Shown one piece after another: positions 10,087 through 19,539 of a stretch of DNA of 64,000 bases. How positions within the stretch are numbered: position 1 is the first letter of the stretch; the number at the start of each line of letters is the position of its first letter. The notes beneath the pieces were generated by a model. It had not been told where the DNA came from. It worked only from the letters and a program-made list of their open reading frames with translations, and did not search any database. The DNA lies in contig JBBQZX010000002.1 of NCBI GenBank assembly GCA_038207335.1, forward strand, positions 256,001-320,000. The letters run 5' to 3'. The position numbers and the translations under genes are program-made. The DNA comes from Chthoniobacterales bacterium. GTDB taxonomy: Bacteria; Verrucomicrobiota; Verrucomicrobiia; Chthoniobacterales; Chthoniobacteraceae.

Positions 10087-11019
10087 TTAAAATTGCAGAT
10101 TGAACGTCAAGCCCCCGCCCCCGTTCGCCACATCGTAGCTGAACGGTGCCCTATTCGATCGATTCCGGCCGAGATAGCCGGAGGCGGAAACATTGCTCCA
10201 GTCGGTGAACCGATACCGCAACCCCCAGGAAAGGGTCTGGTTTCGGTCCGTCCGGCCTCCCTCGGTGTAGAAGAGCCCCGCATACCGATAGAGGAGATCG
10301 GATTGCAGATTGCGCGTCAGTTGGACGTGATAGCCGGCAAAGACGGAAGCCTCGGAACGCTCCGCACTTTTCGCATCGGAGAAACCGAGCTGCCCCGTTA
10401 CTCCGGCAAAAGCGTAGTGGGCCGAGCTAAAAACCACCGTTTTCTGCGCGCCGAGCGCGAGCGTGTGATTCGTAAAAAAGACATCCCCCGACTTGACGCC
10501 CAGCAGTTCGTTAAAGTTGTAGCGCAGGAAGAGATCGAGCCCGGTGAGCTTGCTGGTGTGATAACTGACGCCCACACCAGCATCGATGCTGTTGAAATCG
10601 AGCTGCCGGAACTCATTGTATCGAAAAGTCGCGAGCCGCAGACCGGCATCGATCTGGAAGCCGCGTGGCACTGGGCGGCGATATTCGAAGCCGAAGGTCG
10701 CGAGCAAAAACGCATCGGTCGCGGGCTTCACTCGGGTGAGGGCGACGTTGCTGGTCACGAAAGCGGAGACATCCGCGAAAGTGCGAAACGGGCGGAGCCG
10801 TTCCTCATCGCGGAGCAGTTGCTGGACTCCAAAACTGTCTCCATCATCCCCGCTGGAAGCAGGGAGTTCCGTCGGCGCAAAATCCCCCGCCGCCGGGAGC
10901 GGGACGGTCTGTAGATCGAGCTGCCGCGCCTGATTGATCCGCGGCTCTGGTGTCTGGGAGCGCAGATGCGCGAGCGACAGAGAGGTGAGCGTAAATTGCA
11001 AGGCCAACTGCCATTTCAT
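10087..11019 (-). CDS. Outer-membrane beta-barrel protein
   Basis: Signal peptide, alternating amphipathic strands, C-terminal GLTFNLQF. Confidence 0.82.
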   Translation of the reverse strand: MKWQLALQFTLTSLSLAHLRSQTPEPRINQARQLDLQTVPLPAAGDFAPTELPASSGDDGDSFGVQQLLRDEERLRPFRTFADVSAFVTSNVALTRVKPATDAFLLATFGFEYRRPVPRGFQIDAGLRLATFRYNEFRQLDFNSIDAGVGVSYHTSKLTGLDLFLRYNFNELLGVKSGDVFFTNHTLALGAQKTVVFSSAHYAFAGVTGQLGFSDAKSAERSEASVFAGYHVQLTRNLQSDLLYRYAGLFYTEGGRTDRNQTLSWGLRYRFTDWSNVSASGYLGRNRSNRAPFSYDVANGGGGLTFNLQF

Positions 11020-11126
11020 GGAAGACGGGCTCTTTAGCAGAGCGAATGCCCGCCCACTAATTTCCGCAAAAATGGGAGATCGAAAAATCCTTCGGCACGT
11101 TTCCCGCTAAAAGCCCGGGCTCTAGC

Positions 11127-13112
11127 ATGCGGCACCAGCGCGCCACACTCATTCTTCTTTGCACGATCCTGGCGACCAGCCTCGGCATCGTGTTTTCGTG
11201 CTGGCCCGATTCCGCGCTCTCCAAGGCAGAACTGAGCGCACGCGACTGGCTCGCGGCCCACGGCCGAATGACGCCGAGCGATCCGAAGCTCATCTACCTC
11301 GCCATCGATAGTGAGTCCGTGAGTCTCGATACCGAGGCCGACTTGAAGTCGCTCTTCGACATCGATGACGTGGCATCGCCGGAAGGGCGCGCGCTCACGC
11401 TGATGAGTCAACACTGGCCGTGGCCACGCAGCGTTTACGCTCTCGTGCTGGACCGCTTGTTGGCCGCCGGTGCGAAGGCCGTCGTATTCGATTTGAATTT
11501 CCCGACGCCGAGCGACGACGACGAGGCGTTCCGATCAGCACTCGAACTTCACCGCTCCCAAGTGGTGATCGGCAGTAACTTCAGCGACTCCTCCACAAAC
11601 GCGAGTCGAGGCATGGGCGCGGAACTCACCATGCCGACGACGGCCCTCATCCCCAGCCCGGATGAGCGAGTGGGCTACGTGAACTTCTGGCCCGACGCTG
11701 ATGGCGTCATTCGCCGCGCTGTGTTTCAAACCAGCTTCGCGCAATTCCTCGGAACCCACCAGATCCCCGGCGAACCGCAATACGCCTCCCTGGCCGCGCA
11801 GGCCGTCGCCAAACTTGGCCGTCCGATTCGCTCGAGCATGCAAACGGCCAGCCACGCCATTCGCTACACCGCGGGACCAGGAGAGGGCTTCCCGCCGCAC
11901 TCGATCTTCGAAATTTTCGTACCGGAGTATTGGAAGCGAAACTACCAATCCGGAAAGCGTTTTGACGGCGCGGTGGTCGTCGTCGGCGCGGCAGGCAACT
12001 GGCAGCACGATGAACATGTGACTCCCTTCGGCGTCATGGCCGGACCCGAGATTCAGCTCAACGTGATCAACGCCCTGTTGCAGGGCGAATTCCTGACCGC
12101 TGCCTCGCCGCCTGTGGCGATCGCCATCTGGCTCCTCGCGGGTGCTGTCGCCGCGGGCTGCGCGATCATCCGCACTCGAAAACTGGTTCGCCTAAGCCTG
12201 CTGGCGGTCGCGCTCGGGTGGGTGGCCAGTCAGATTCCGATCTTCAACCACTTCGGCTACGTCGGCCCCGTGGTCGGACCGCTCACGGTCATGGTCATCG
12301 TCGGACTCTTCAGTCTCATCTACGATTTGATCCGCGCCGGCGCCGAGCAACTGCGCCTCCGCCTGGACTTGAAGGAGCGCAAACGAGCGCAGGAAATCCT
12401 GGAACGTAGCAACGAGGAACTCGAACGCCGCGTCGCGTCGCGGACGGTGGAGCTGACCAATGCCAACGCCGCTTTGGCACAGCGGATCGAGGAGAAAAAC
12501 GTCCTACTCAAGGAGGTCCACCATCGGGTGAAAAACAACCTGCAAGTCATCTCCAGCCTGCTCAATCTTCAAGCCGGACAGATCAAGGATCCCGACGCGC
12601 TGCAAGCCTTCAAGGAGAGCCGCAACCGCGTCCGCTCCATGGCGCTCATCCATGAGAATCTCTACCAATCGAAGGATATCTCGCAGGTCGATTTCGGGGA
12701 TTACATCAAAGCGCTCACCAAAGGACTAATGGGAGGTTTTTCGAGCAGGGATTCTCCAGTCCGAATCAGCATCGACATCGACAACATCATGCTCCCGGTG
12801 GACTCCGCGGTTCCGTGCGGGCTCATCGTCAACGAGCTGGTGACCAACTGTTTCAAGTACGCCTTTACGCCCTCCACTCCCGGGGAGATTGGCATCGCCA
12901 TGAGACGCACCGACAACGCCCGACTCCAACTCACCGTCTCGGACAATGGCGTGGGCTTTCCCAACGACATCAACTTTCGCAACACCGAGTCGCTCGGCAT
13001 GCAACTCGTCACAACGCTCGCTGAGCAGCTCGATGGCATCGTTACGCTCCAGAATGGCGCAGGCACGACCTTTACCATCGACTTCCCCCAGTCCCACCGC
13101 ACAAAGCTATGA
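11127..13112 (+). CDS. CHASE2-domain sensor histidine kinase (HisKA_2 type)
   Basis: WPWPRSVYA, DADGVIRR and TPFGVMAGPEI (CHASE2); three TM helices; coiled coil; EVHHRVKNNLQ, NELVTNCFKYAF, DNGVG. Confidence 0.92.
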   Translation: MRHQRATLILLCTILATSLGIVFSCWPDSALSKAELSARDWLAAHGRMTPSDPKLIYLAIDSESVSLDTEADLKSLFDIDDVASPEGRALTLMSQHWPWPRSVYALVLDRLLAAGAKAVVFDLNFPTPSDDDEAFRSALELHRSQVVIGSNFSDSSTNASRGMGAELTMPTTALIPSPDERVGYVNFWPDADGVIRRAVFQTSFAQFLGTHQIPGEPQYASLAAQAVAKLGRPIRSSMQTASHAIRYTAGPGEGFPPHSIFEIFVPEYWKRNYQSGKRFDGAVVVVGAAGNWQHDEHVTPFGVMAGPEIQLNVINALLQGEFLTAASPPVAIAIWLLAGAVAAGCAIIRTRKLVRLSLLAVALGWVASQIPIFNHFGYVGPVVGPLTVMVIVGLFSLIYDLIRAGAEQLRLRLDLKERKRAQEILERSNEELERRVASRTVELTNANAALAQRIEEKNVLLKEVHHRVKNNLQVISSLLNLQAGQIKDPDALQAFKESRNRVRSMALIHENLYQSKDISQVDFGDYIKALTKGLMGGFSSRDSPVRISIDIDNIMLPVDSAVPCGLIVNELVTNCFKYAFTPSTPGEIGIAMRRTDNARLQLTVSDNGVGFPNDINFRNTESLGMQLVTTLAEQLDGIVTLQNGAGTTFTIDFPQSHRTKL

Positions 13113-15064
13113 GCGATAAGACTCAAATCCTCGTGGTGGAAGACGAAGGCATCGTCGCAAAGGACTTGCAGGCGATGCTGCGCGATTTGGGCTACCACGT
13201 TCCTTTGACTGTCGGCACTGGTGAGCTGGCATTGAAAGCAGCGATCGAGAATCAGCCGGACCTGATCCTCATGGACATCCAGCTCCGCGGGAACATGGAC
13301 GGCATCGAGACCTCCGCGCTCATTAGCTCCCAGCGCGATGTCCCGATTGTCTATCTCACCGCGAACTCCGATGAAGCAACCCTGCAGCGCGCGAAAGCCA
13401 CGTCGCCGTTCGGATTTCTAGTCAAGCCTTTTGAAGAGCGCGCCATCCAGGCTGGCATCGAGATGGCGCTCTACAAACACAAGACCGACAGACACATCCG
13501 CGAGCGCGAGCAATGGCTCTCCACGACCCTGACCAGCATCGCGGATGCAGTCATCACGACGGACTCGAGCGGGAGCATCACCTTCCTGAATACTGCGGCG
13601 GAAAAGCTCTCCGGATGGAACCTTCAAGAGGCGAGCGGCCAGCCTTACTCAAATGTCTTCCATATCGTCAGCGACGCGAGCCGTGAACCGGGAGTGGACT
13701 ATGTCAGCCAGGCATTGTCCGATGGCACGACGCTTACCAGTGGCAATCCTACTCTGCTCGTGCGGCGAGATGGCTCGGAGGTACCCATCGAGCACAGCGT
13801 CGCGCCGATCCGGCAGGGGCTCCAATGCGATATCGGCGGCTGCGTCATTGTCTTCAGCGATGTCTCGGAGCGGAAAGACTTGGAAGAAAGGCTGCGGCAG
13901 GTGCAAAAGATGGATGCGATCGGAAAGCTCGCGGGCGGCATCGCGCATGACTTTAACAACGCCATCACCGCGATCATTGGCTATGCCGAGATGATCCTCC
14001 AGCGGGCAAAAGAACCCGACCCGCACCATCGCGACGCAAAGCAAATCGTGCGCGCCGCCGAGCACTCGGCGCGGCTGACTCACCAGTTACTCGCCTTTAG
14101 CCGCAAGCAAGTTCTGCAACCGCGCTCGCTCAACTTGGCGGAGGAACTCGACCCGGTCGAGGGAATGGTGCGCCGACTGGTCGGCGCGAGTATTTCGACG
14201 AGCATCGAGTCCCAGCCGGGGCTTTGGAATACCATGGCTGATTCCGGGCAGATCGAGCAGGTCGTCTTGAACCTCGCGGTCAATGCCCGAGATGCAATGC
14301 CGAATGGCGGAAATCTGACCATCCGCCTTTCCAATGCGACGGTCACGGCTGAAGATGCGATGCGGATCAGTGAGGGTCGCGCCGGAGAGTTCGTGCTGCT
14401 CGAAGTCAGTGACACGGGCATGGGGATGAGTCGCGAGACGATGAAGCGCATCTTCGAGCCATTCTTCACTACGAAGGAAGCCGGGAAAGGCACCGGGCTG
14501 GGGCTTGCGACGTGTCATGGGATCGTGCGGCAGACTTCCGGCATGATCGCCGTCTCCAGCACGCTGGGTGTCGGGACAACCTTTTCGATCTTCCTTCCGA
14601 AAGCGAATGCAACAGCGGCAGTGACCGCGCCGGAAGCCGACGAAGATCGCGGCACGGCTGGCACTGGGACGATCCTTTTCGTAGAGGATGAAGAAATCCT
14701 GCGCGAGCTAGGCGTGCTGAGTCTGGAAAGTCTGGGCTACCGTGTCGTCGCAGCCCAGCATGGCAAAGAAGCGATCGATGTGCTCACAGCAACCGACGCC
14801 CCGGTTATCGACATCGTCGTGACGGATCTGATGATGCCCGAGCTGAATGGGCGCGAGCTTTTTGCATGGATCGAAAAGAATCGCCCCGGGATGCGTGTCC
14901 TGTTCATGTCCGGCTACACGGACGACTCGACCATCCATGACGCCGTCAACGGCGCGGAGGTCGAGTATCTCCAAAAGCCCTTCACGCCATCCACGCTCGC
15001 GCGAAAAATCCGGGAGGTGCTGGGACGCCCTGCCCCGGAGCGGGCAAACGCGGTGACCGCCTGA
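13109..15064 (+). CDS. Hybrid histidine kinase REC-PAS-HisKA-HATPase-REC
   Basis: ILVVEDE/DLILMDI, a PAS domain, GGIAHDFNN, FEPFFTTK..GKGTGLGL, C-terminal receiver; ATGA overlap with the CHASE2 gene. Confidence 0.95.
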   Translation: MSDKTQILVVEDEGIVAKDLQAMLRDLGYHVPLTVGTGELALKAAIENQPDLILMDIQLRGNMDGIETSALISSQRDVPIVYLTANSDEATLQRAKATSPFGFLVKPFEERAIQAGIEMALYKHKTDRHIREREQWLSTTLTSIADAVITTDSSGSITFLNTAAEKLSGWNLQEASGQPYSNVFHIVSDASREPGVDYVSQALSDGTTLTSGNPTLLVRRDGSEVPIEHSVAPIRQGLQCDIGGCVIVFSDVSERKDLEERLRQVQKMDAIGKLAGGIAHDFNNAITAIIGYAEMILQRAKEPDPHHRDAKQIVRAAEHSARLTHQLLAFSRKQVLQPRSLNLAEELDPVEGMVRRLVGASISTSIESQPGLWNTMADSGQIEQVVLNLAVNARDAMPNGGNLTIRLSNATVTAEDAMRISEGRAGEFVLLEVSDTGMGMSRETMKRIFEPFFTTKEAGKGTGLGLATCHGIVRQTSGMIAVSSTLGVGTTFSIFLPKANATAAVTAPEADEDRGTAGTGTILFVEDEEILRELGVLSLESLGYRVVAAQHGKEAIDVLTATDAPVIDIVVTDLMMPELNGRELFAWIEKNRPGMRVLFMSGYTDDSTIHDAVNGAEVEYLQKPFTPSTLARKIREVLGRPAPERANAVTA

Positions 15065-15107
15065 CATTCGATACATCCGGCCCGCGCGGGCACGACGAGA
15101 AATCGTC

Positions 15108-15170
15108 GTGCCAGCGAAATCCGAAAAGCAACAAATGGCGACTGGGCCGGCGCTCGCGGCGAAACCGTCA
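15108..15170 (+). pseudogene. Truncated DUF3008-like fragment (copy 1)
   Basis: GTG-PAKSEKQQMATGPALAAK resembles the DUF3008 N-terminus MPAKSKAQQKAAGAALAAK. Confidence 0.6.
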
Positions 15171-15171
15171 T

Positions 15172-15845
15172 TGAAGGCCGCACGGGCAGTTCGTATTACT
15201 CAAAGTCACCGACTCCGGCACAGGAATGAGCCGCGACACACTCAGGCATATTTTCGAACCGTTCTTTACGACAAAGGCGGAGGGGAAAGGGACGGGACTT
15301 GGTCTTGCGACATGCCACGGAATCGTCCGGCAGACCGCTGGCATGATTGCCGTTTCCAGCACGCCGGGAACAGGCACCACCTTCTCCATTTACCTTCCAA
15401 AGGCAGACGCTGTGGAAGTTGCGCCAGCGCAAGTCTCCGACGAGACTCTCCCCATCACCGGCGTTGAAACGATCTTGTTCGTCGAGGACGAGGAAATCCT
15501 CCGAGAGCTAGGCGTGCAGGCGCTCGAAGACTTGGGCTACCGCGTCACCCCAGCGGAAGATGGGCTCACAGCGGTCGAACTCCTCGGCAAGGGCAAGCCA
15601 GCCTTCGACATCGTCGTCACCGACCTGATGATGCCGCGCATGAACGGCCGCGAACTCTTCGGCTGGATCGCGCAAAACCACTGCGGAATGCGTGTCTTGT
15701 TCATGTCCGGCTACACCGACGATGCGATCATCCGGAACGCCGTCCACGGAGCGGAGGTCGCCTACTTGCAAAAGCCATTCACGCCCAGCGTGCTCGCACG
15801 CAAGAAACGCGAAATCCTCGATGGACCGGCTCCCGCGAGAGCGAA
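15172..15845 (+). pseudogene. Diverged 5'-truncated duplicate of the hybrid kinase C-terminus (partial HATPase + receiver)
   Basis: QFVLLKVTDSGTGMSRDTLRHIFEPFFTTKAEGKGTGLGL...YLQKPFTPS parallels 14370-15040; no H-box and no N-terminal half. Confidence 0.85.
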
Positions 15846-15894
15846 ATCTGACGTCGAGGCTTCTGAGGCTTCTCGCCACGACGAAAATCTCGTC

Positions 15895-16075
15895 GTTCCA
15901 GCGAAGTCAAAAAAAATAGCAAATTACCGCGGGTGCAGCGCTCGCGACAAACTCCCGAGAGAAAGCGAAATCGTCGCTGAAAGACGCATCGAAAGCGATG
16001 ATCAAAAGCAACTCGAGGACATCGCACGTAACAGGCGCAAGAAGCTTCCGGCGAAGAAAATCGGAGTGGCGATCA
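15895..16075 (+). pseudogene. Frameshifted DUF3008-like gene (copy 2)
   Basis: PAKSKK / QITAGAALA...KSSLKDASKAM / QKQLEDIARNRRKKLPAKK, split across reading frames. Confidence 0.6.
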
Positions 16076-16281
16076 TAAACAGCAGAAGCAGGGGACCGAA
16101 CGACCTCTCTTCTGAAAATCCACGTCATCGGAGGAATCTGCGGTAAAGAGATTTTTGCCTCTGCGCAGTGGTCGCGGATTGGGGCGATAATTATTTTTGC
16201 GCAATTGTCACAATTCTGCGTCCTCCGCTGGACAAAACGGTCGGGACGGGATTATCATGTGGGGCTTTTTCCCCTCAAGAT

Positions 16282-19200
16282 ATGCCCCCGATCAAACTTC
16301 TCTCACGCTGTCGCCAAATGGCCGTCCCTGCGCTCGCGGCCGCGGGCGTTTTCGGGCTCTCCACTGGCTTGGCGCAGACTTTCACTTGGACGGGTCTGAA
16401 TGGCGTCTGGAGCGACCTGACGAAGTGGGCCGGCGGCGTTGCCCCCACTGGCACAGATGCGACTGACGATCTTCGCTTCAACAACAGCAACTACACAGCG
16501 ACCAACGACGTGGTGCCTCTAGGTGCCGCGCCTTTCACACTAAATCGTCTCACGTTCGCATCGACCGGCGCGGCAAATATCGCCGGAAATCTTGCACAGT
16601 TTTCCGGCGCGAGTCCGGCGATCACACAAAACGGCACCGCTGCCGCGAATCTCAACCTTCCCCTGACATCCACAGTCCCGCTAACTTTCGCCGGCAGCGG
16701 CACCGGGCTGCTGACGATCAACGGCGCCGTTACGGGCAATTTTGACATCACGAAAACCGGCACGAGCACCTTTCGTTTCGGCACGGCTGGCTCCGGCATT
16801 TCCTCGACCAATACATGGCAGGGAACCCTAAACATCGGCGGTGGCACTGTCACTTTCGCCCCCGCTGCCGACGCGACCGTCCCTGCCGCACAGAGCGCAC
16901 TGCGCGGAAATCGCGTCAACTTTACGAGCTCCACGGGGCTCCTCTCCGCTGCGGATAATCTCCGCACGGGTCTGCTCTCAGGTACTGTGGGCACCATCCT
17001 GGCGCGTGATGCGGGCGGAAACGGCAAGGATATCGTCATCATCGGCCTCGGGAGCGCCACCTTTGGCGGCACTCTCACCAATATCGCTGCGGGCGGCACC
17101 GCAGACGGCAAACTCATCGTGCGCGGCGCTGCGACACAAATCTTAAACGGCACAGTTCAGGTGAACGATGATATTGTGGCTGCCTTTGGCTCGAAGCTGG
17201 TTTTCTCCGGTAGTGCGAGCCTCGGGACGATGACCAAAGGCTCCGTCTCCCTCGAGGGAGGCACCTTCGTCCTGGACAACACGGCTGTGAATAACCTCGA
17301 TCGCCTTCGCGACGCCACCTCCACGAGCACCGGGCTCGAAACCGTCAGCGGCGGCACATTTTCGCTCATCGGATTTAGCACCGCAGCCACGACTGAAACG
17401 ATCGGCCGTCTGCAACTCGGCACCTCAAGCAACCCGCGCGGCGGCGCGCTCACGATCAATGTGACGCAGCCGGGCAACTTTGCCACCACGCTCCGACTCC
17501 AGTCGTATTCGCGCGTGAGCACCCTCACTCCGCGCAACACCGTCGATTTCACCTCCACTCGCGCAGGTGCCACCATCGCCCCGGGCCTCGGCGGCACAAA
17601 TCCCGGCATCGTCATCCTCGGCGTCACCACCGGCGTCGGCGGCCTCCTCACCAGCACGGACGCGCTCGATTCCGGAGTCGGCTGGGCCACGGTCAATGGC
17701 ACCGACTTCGCCACTTCCGGCGCTAACGGCATCGCACCCGTCGCATCCGTCCCGCTTCCCGGCGCCTCCTCGCCAAGCACGAATGCGCAGCTCACTGCTT
17801 CGGCGACCATCGCCTCCGCGACCGATTTTTCGCTGAGCTCGTTGAAAATCGCGCCAACAGCCTCCGGGCAGAGCCTCAGTATCACGAACACCGGCTCGCT
17901 CAGCACCAACGGCATCCTCCTCGCTGGTGCGAACGACTTTTCCATCGTCAACAGCGGCGGCGGAAGCGGCGGAATCGGCGGCCCCGGTGGCGCGCGCTAT
18001 TTCCACGTCCAGAGCGCCGCGCTCACTGTCGGCGTCTCGCTCGCAGCCCTCGATGCTGGCGGCAAGCCGAACTCCGTGGCCAAAGCCGGCGCAGGCGCGC
18101 TCATCTTGACGAATCCCGCGAACTCCACGCTCACAAAAACGCTCACGATCAACGCCGGAACGGTCCGGGCTACGCCGGGCTCCACGCTCACAGGCGGGAA
18201 AATCGAGCTGCGCGGGGGCGTCCTCGAACTCGTCGGCGGCGGCACCTACAGCCCAACGCTCGGCGATGCCACGGGCAATATCAATTGGCGCGGCGATGAA
18301 CTCAGCAGCGGCATCAATCCCGTGCCAGTCCTCGACCGCGGCAGATCGAATTCTGACAAAGGCAGCGGCGGTTTCTCCGCATTCGGCGCGGACGTGACCG
18401 TCGATATCAATGGCGGCGGTCCTTCGAACCTCACCTGGGAGGACTCGTATTTCCTGGATAGCGGCCAGGCTCTGGTCTTCGGCTCCACCCGAGCGACGAA
18501 TCGCGTCACGCTCGTCGATAACATCAACCTCAGCGGCACGGGCGTGAACTTTTCCACCCGCCAAATCCGCGTGGACGACGCCGTCATCCCGGCCGGCGGC
18601 TCCGCACGCCTCTCCGGCTCCATCGCCGGTGAAGTTTATCGCGACCTCCTCAAGACCGGCATCGGCCGCCTCGAACTCAGCGGGACCAACAGCTACCTCG
18701 GCCGCACCGTCGTTAATCAAGGTGAACTCGCCGTCAATGGCCTGAATTCCTCGACCTTCCTAACACAGGTTCAAAGCGGCGCGAAACTCAGCGGCAATGG
18801 CACCACCGGCCCGGTGCGCATCGAAGGCGGCGCCTCGCTCGCGCCCGGCGACACCGCCGGTCACGCCAGCATCCTCCGCACCGGCGACGCCACGCACAAC
18901 GGCGATCTGCAATTCATGGACGGCACCGCGAAGCTCGCCATCGAACTCGGCGGCACCACCGCGGGCGGCGACGGCGTCAGCGGCTACGACCGCATCAGCG
19001 TCACCGGCGGCATCACCCTCAACGGCGCGTCGCTCGAAGGCTCGCTCCTCAACGGCTTCAACCCCGCGATGGACGACCTCTTTTTCATCATCGTCAACGA
19101 TGGCACCGACGCCGTCAGCGGCACCTTCGCCCAAGGCACCGGCATCGCCATCGGCGGCAAATTCTTCGTCATCGGCTACGACGGAAACTTCCTCGGCGAG

Positions 19201-19326
19201 GGCAACCCCGGCAACAGCACCACCAACGGCAACGACGTCTTCCTGCGCGCCGTCCCCGAGCCATCCTCCACGATCCTCGCCCTCAGCGGCCTCGCGCTCC
19301 TCGGCCTGCGCCGGAAGCGGTCTTAA
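16282..19326 (+). CDS. PEP-CTERM protein with autotransporter-associated beta-strand repeats
   Basis: Signal peptide; repeats such as LLKTGIGRLELSGTNSYLGRTVVNQGELAVNG; C-terminal VPEPSSTILALSGLALLGLRRKRS. Confidence 0.93.
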   Translation: MPPIKLLSRCRQMAVPALAAAGVFGLSTGLAQTFTWTGLNGVWSDLTKWAGGVAPTGTDATDDLRFNNSNYTATNDVVPLGAAPFTLNRLTFASTGAANIAGNLAQFSGASPAITQNGTAAANLNLPLTSTVPLTFAGSGTGLLTINGAVTGNFDITKTGTSTFRFGTAGSGISSTNTWQGTLNIGGGTVTFAPAADATVPAAQSALRGNRVNFTSSTGLLSAADNLRTGLLSGTVGTILARDAGGNGKDIVIIGLGSATFGGTLTNIAAGGTADGKLIVRGAATQILNGTVQVNDDIVAAFGSKLVFSGSASLGTMTKGSVSLEGGTFVLDNTAVNNLDRLRDATSTSTGLETVSGGTFSLIGFSTAATTETIGRLQLGTSSNPRGGALTINVTQPGNFATTLRLQSYSRVSTLTPRNTVDFTSTRAGATIAPGLGGTNPGIVILGVTTGVGGLLTSTDALDSGVGWATVNGTDFATSGANGIAPVASVPLPGASSPSTNAQLTASATIASATDFSLSSLKIAPTASGQSLSITNTGSLSTNGILLAGANDFSIVNSGGGSGGIGGPGGARYFHVQSAALTVGVSLAALDAGGKPNSVAKAGAGALILTNPANSTLTKTLTINAGTVRATPGSTLTGGKIELRGGVLELVGGGTYSPTLGDATGNINWRGDELSSGINPVPVLDRGRSNSDKGSGGFSAFGADVTVDINGGGPSNLTWEDSYFLDSGQALVFGSTRATNRVTLVDNINLSGTGVNFSTRQIRVDDAVIPAGGSARLSGSIAGEVYRDLLKTGIGRLELSGTNSYLGRTVVNQGELAVNGLNSSTFLTQVQSGAKLSGNGTTGPVRIEGGASLAPGDTAGHASILRTGDATHNGDLQFMDGTAKLAIELGGTTAGGDGVSGYDRISVTGGITLNGASLEGSLLNGFNPAMDDLFFIIVNDGTDAVSGTFAQGTGIAIGGKFFVIGYDGNFLGEGNPGNSTTNGNDVFLRAVPEPSSTILALSGLALLGLRRKRS

Positions 19327-19477
19327 AATCCTCCTCGTCCCGCACCGCGGACACAAGGGGACGGCGATCCCGTCTGCAACTGCCTTTTTCTGCCGCGCGT
19401 CGTAGTCGGGATCGGTGATCCCGGCGGTCTGGGAGCAATCCTGCACTACAGACACACCGCCACCGTCTCTCTTCCAC

Positions 19478-19512
19478 AAAAAAAGGCGCTGCCGGTTTCC
19501 CGACAGCGCCTT
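19478..19512 (-). terminator. Rho-independent terminator of rpsA
   Basis: Minus strand AAGGCGCTGTCGG-GAAA-CCGGCAGCGCC followed by a T run. Confidence 0.88.
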
Positions 19513-19539
19513 GTTGATTTGCGGGGCCTGAGTGGCCGG

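Noticed and set aside
16282..19326. Classical autotransporter
   Set aside because: No C-terminal beta-barrel; the protein ends in a PEP-CTERM sorting signal.
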